A DNA stretch of 16,000 nucleotides. It comes from Actinobacillus indolicus (GTDB lineage Bacteria > Pseudomonadota > Gammaproteobacteria > Enterobacterales > Pasteurellaceae). The notes beneath the pieces were generated by a model. The model was not told the origin of the DNA. It worked only from the letters and a program-made list of their open reading frames with translations, and did not search any database. The first letter of the stretch is position 1. Each line of letters begins with the position of its first letter. The translations under genes were made by a program, and so were the position numbers. The stretch lies in NCBI GenBank assembly GCA_901764975.1, contig CABFKH010000001.1; one strand, written 5' to 3'. Positions 15,315 to 16,000 of this stretch are shown piece by piece.

Positions 15315-16000
15315 ATGGCAGCAGAAGGTGCGAGTCAATTAGTGAGTGTCGTTACACTCTTAGGAGCTGCAATTATTGCCGTTCCTATTTTTAAACGTTT
15401 AGGGCTGGGCTCTGTTCTAGGATATTTAGCGGCAGGCTTAGCCATTGGACCTTTTGGTTTAAAACTATTTTCAGATCCACAGTCGATTATTCATGTGGCT
15501 GAATTAGGTGTTGTGATGTTCCTTTTCATTATTGGTTTGGAAATGAAACCATCGCATTTATGGGGATTACGCCGTCAGATTTTCGGTTTAGGTAGTATGC
15601 AAGTGGTTGTTTGTGCAATTTTGCTAACCTTTGTCGGAATGAGTTTTGGCTACTCTTGGCAAGTATCCTTTGTTGGTGGAGCGGGATTTGTTTTAACCTC
15701 TACGGCAATAGTCATGCAAGTCTTGAGTGAACGCGGCGATATTGCCACACCAAGAGGGCAGAAAATGGTGTCGATCTTACTTTTCGAAGATCTCATTATT
15801 GTGCCGTTACTTGCGATTGTCACTTTCTTAGCACCAACAGATCCAAACCATATTGCAGATACTCAACCAGTATGGCAAAAAATTGGGATCGCAGGATTAT
15901 CTGTTACTGCATTGGTCGTTGTCGGAATTTGGGTGCTAAATCCACTTTTCCGCTTACTTGCGAAAACTAAAATTCGTGAATTAATGACCGCAGCCGCACT
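15315..16000 (+). CDS. Glutathione-regulated K+ efflux / CPA2 cation:proton antiporter (KefB/KefC-like), 5' partial
   Basis: Not in the supplied ORF track, because there is no stop within the window. My translation from ATG 15315 is [79 protein letters not shown]...[15 protein letters not shown]. It closely parallels the recalled E. coli KefC N-terminus ([26 protein letters not shown]...FAEIGVVLMLFIIGLEL...LLFQDIAAIPL). GAGGT SD at 15304-15308. The frame stays open to 16000. Confidence 0.88.
   Translation, partial: [228 protein letters not shown]

Noticed and set aside
1-16000. A search for CRISPR arrays, tRNA/rRNA genes, IS elements or transposases, integrases, prophage genes, and toxin-antitoxin or multi-gene defence cassettes.
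   Set aside because: I found no direct-repeat or spacer periodicity and no cloverleaf-like or rRNA-like segments. Intergenic regions are all 180 nt or shorter. Every ORF over 120 aa has a confident housekeeping or Fic, pirin or SulP assignment. The class II Fic gene has no partner antitoxin ORF.

Overview
This window looks like an AT-rich chromosomal segment from a Pasteurellaceae genome. Six perfect copies of the Apl-type DNA uptake signal core ACAAGCGGT place it in the Actinobacillus/Mannheimia/Glaesserella/H. ducreyi-type clade. I support 14 protein-coding genes, nearly all core housekeeping. On the + strand: uvrC, a stand-alone class II Fic AMPylase, grxB, rlmL and trmL. On the - strand: cybC (cytochrome b562), cybB (cytochrome b561), a SulP/STAS anion transporter, recD and pykA. 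Back on the + strand: sixA, yhhW (pirin/quercetinase), a second longer pirin, and the 5' part of a KefB/KefC-type K+ efflux gene that runs off the window and is missing from the ORF track. Five clear rho-independent terminators delimit the transcription units. I see no CRISPR array, rRNA/tRNA, transposase, integrase, phage genes or obvious multi-gene defence island, so I cannot honestly claim a clear novel system. The items most worth a second look are: (1) a ~60-nt, ~77% G+C, hairpin-rich block inserted in frame inside rlmL; (2) the Fic gene wedged between uvrC and grxB and apparently co-transcribed with grxB; (3) a cybB-cybC two-cytochrome operon that could point to a partner for the functionally orphan cytochrome b562; (4) tandem pirin paralogues directly upstream of the Kef-type gene. 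Three ORF-track starts look too long and I corrected them: pykA, recD and the SulP gene. All homology statements come from my memory of E. coli/H. influenzae orthologues, not from a search.
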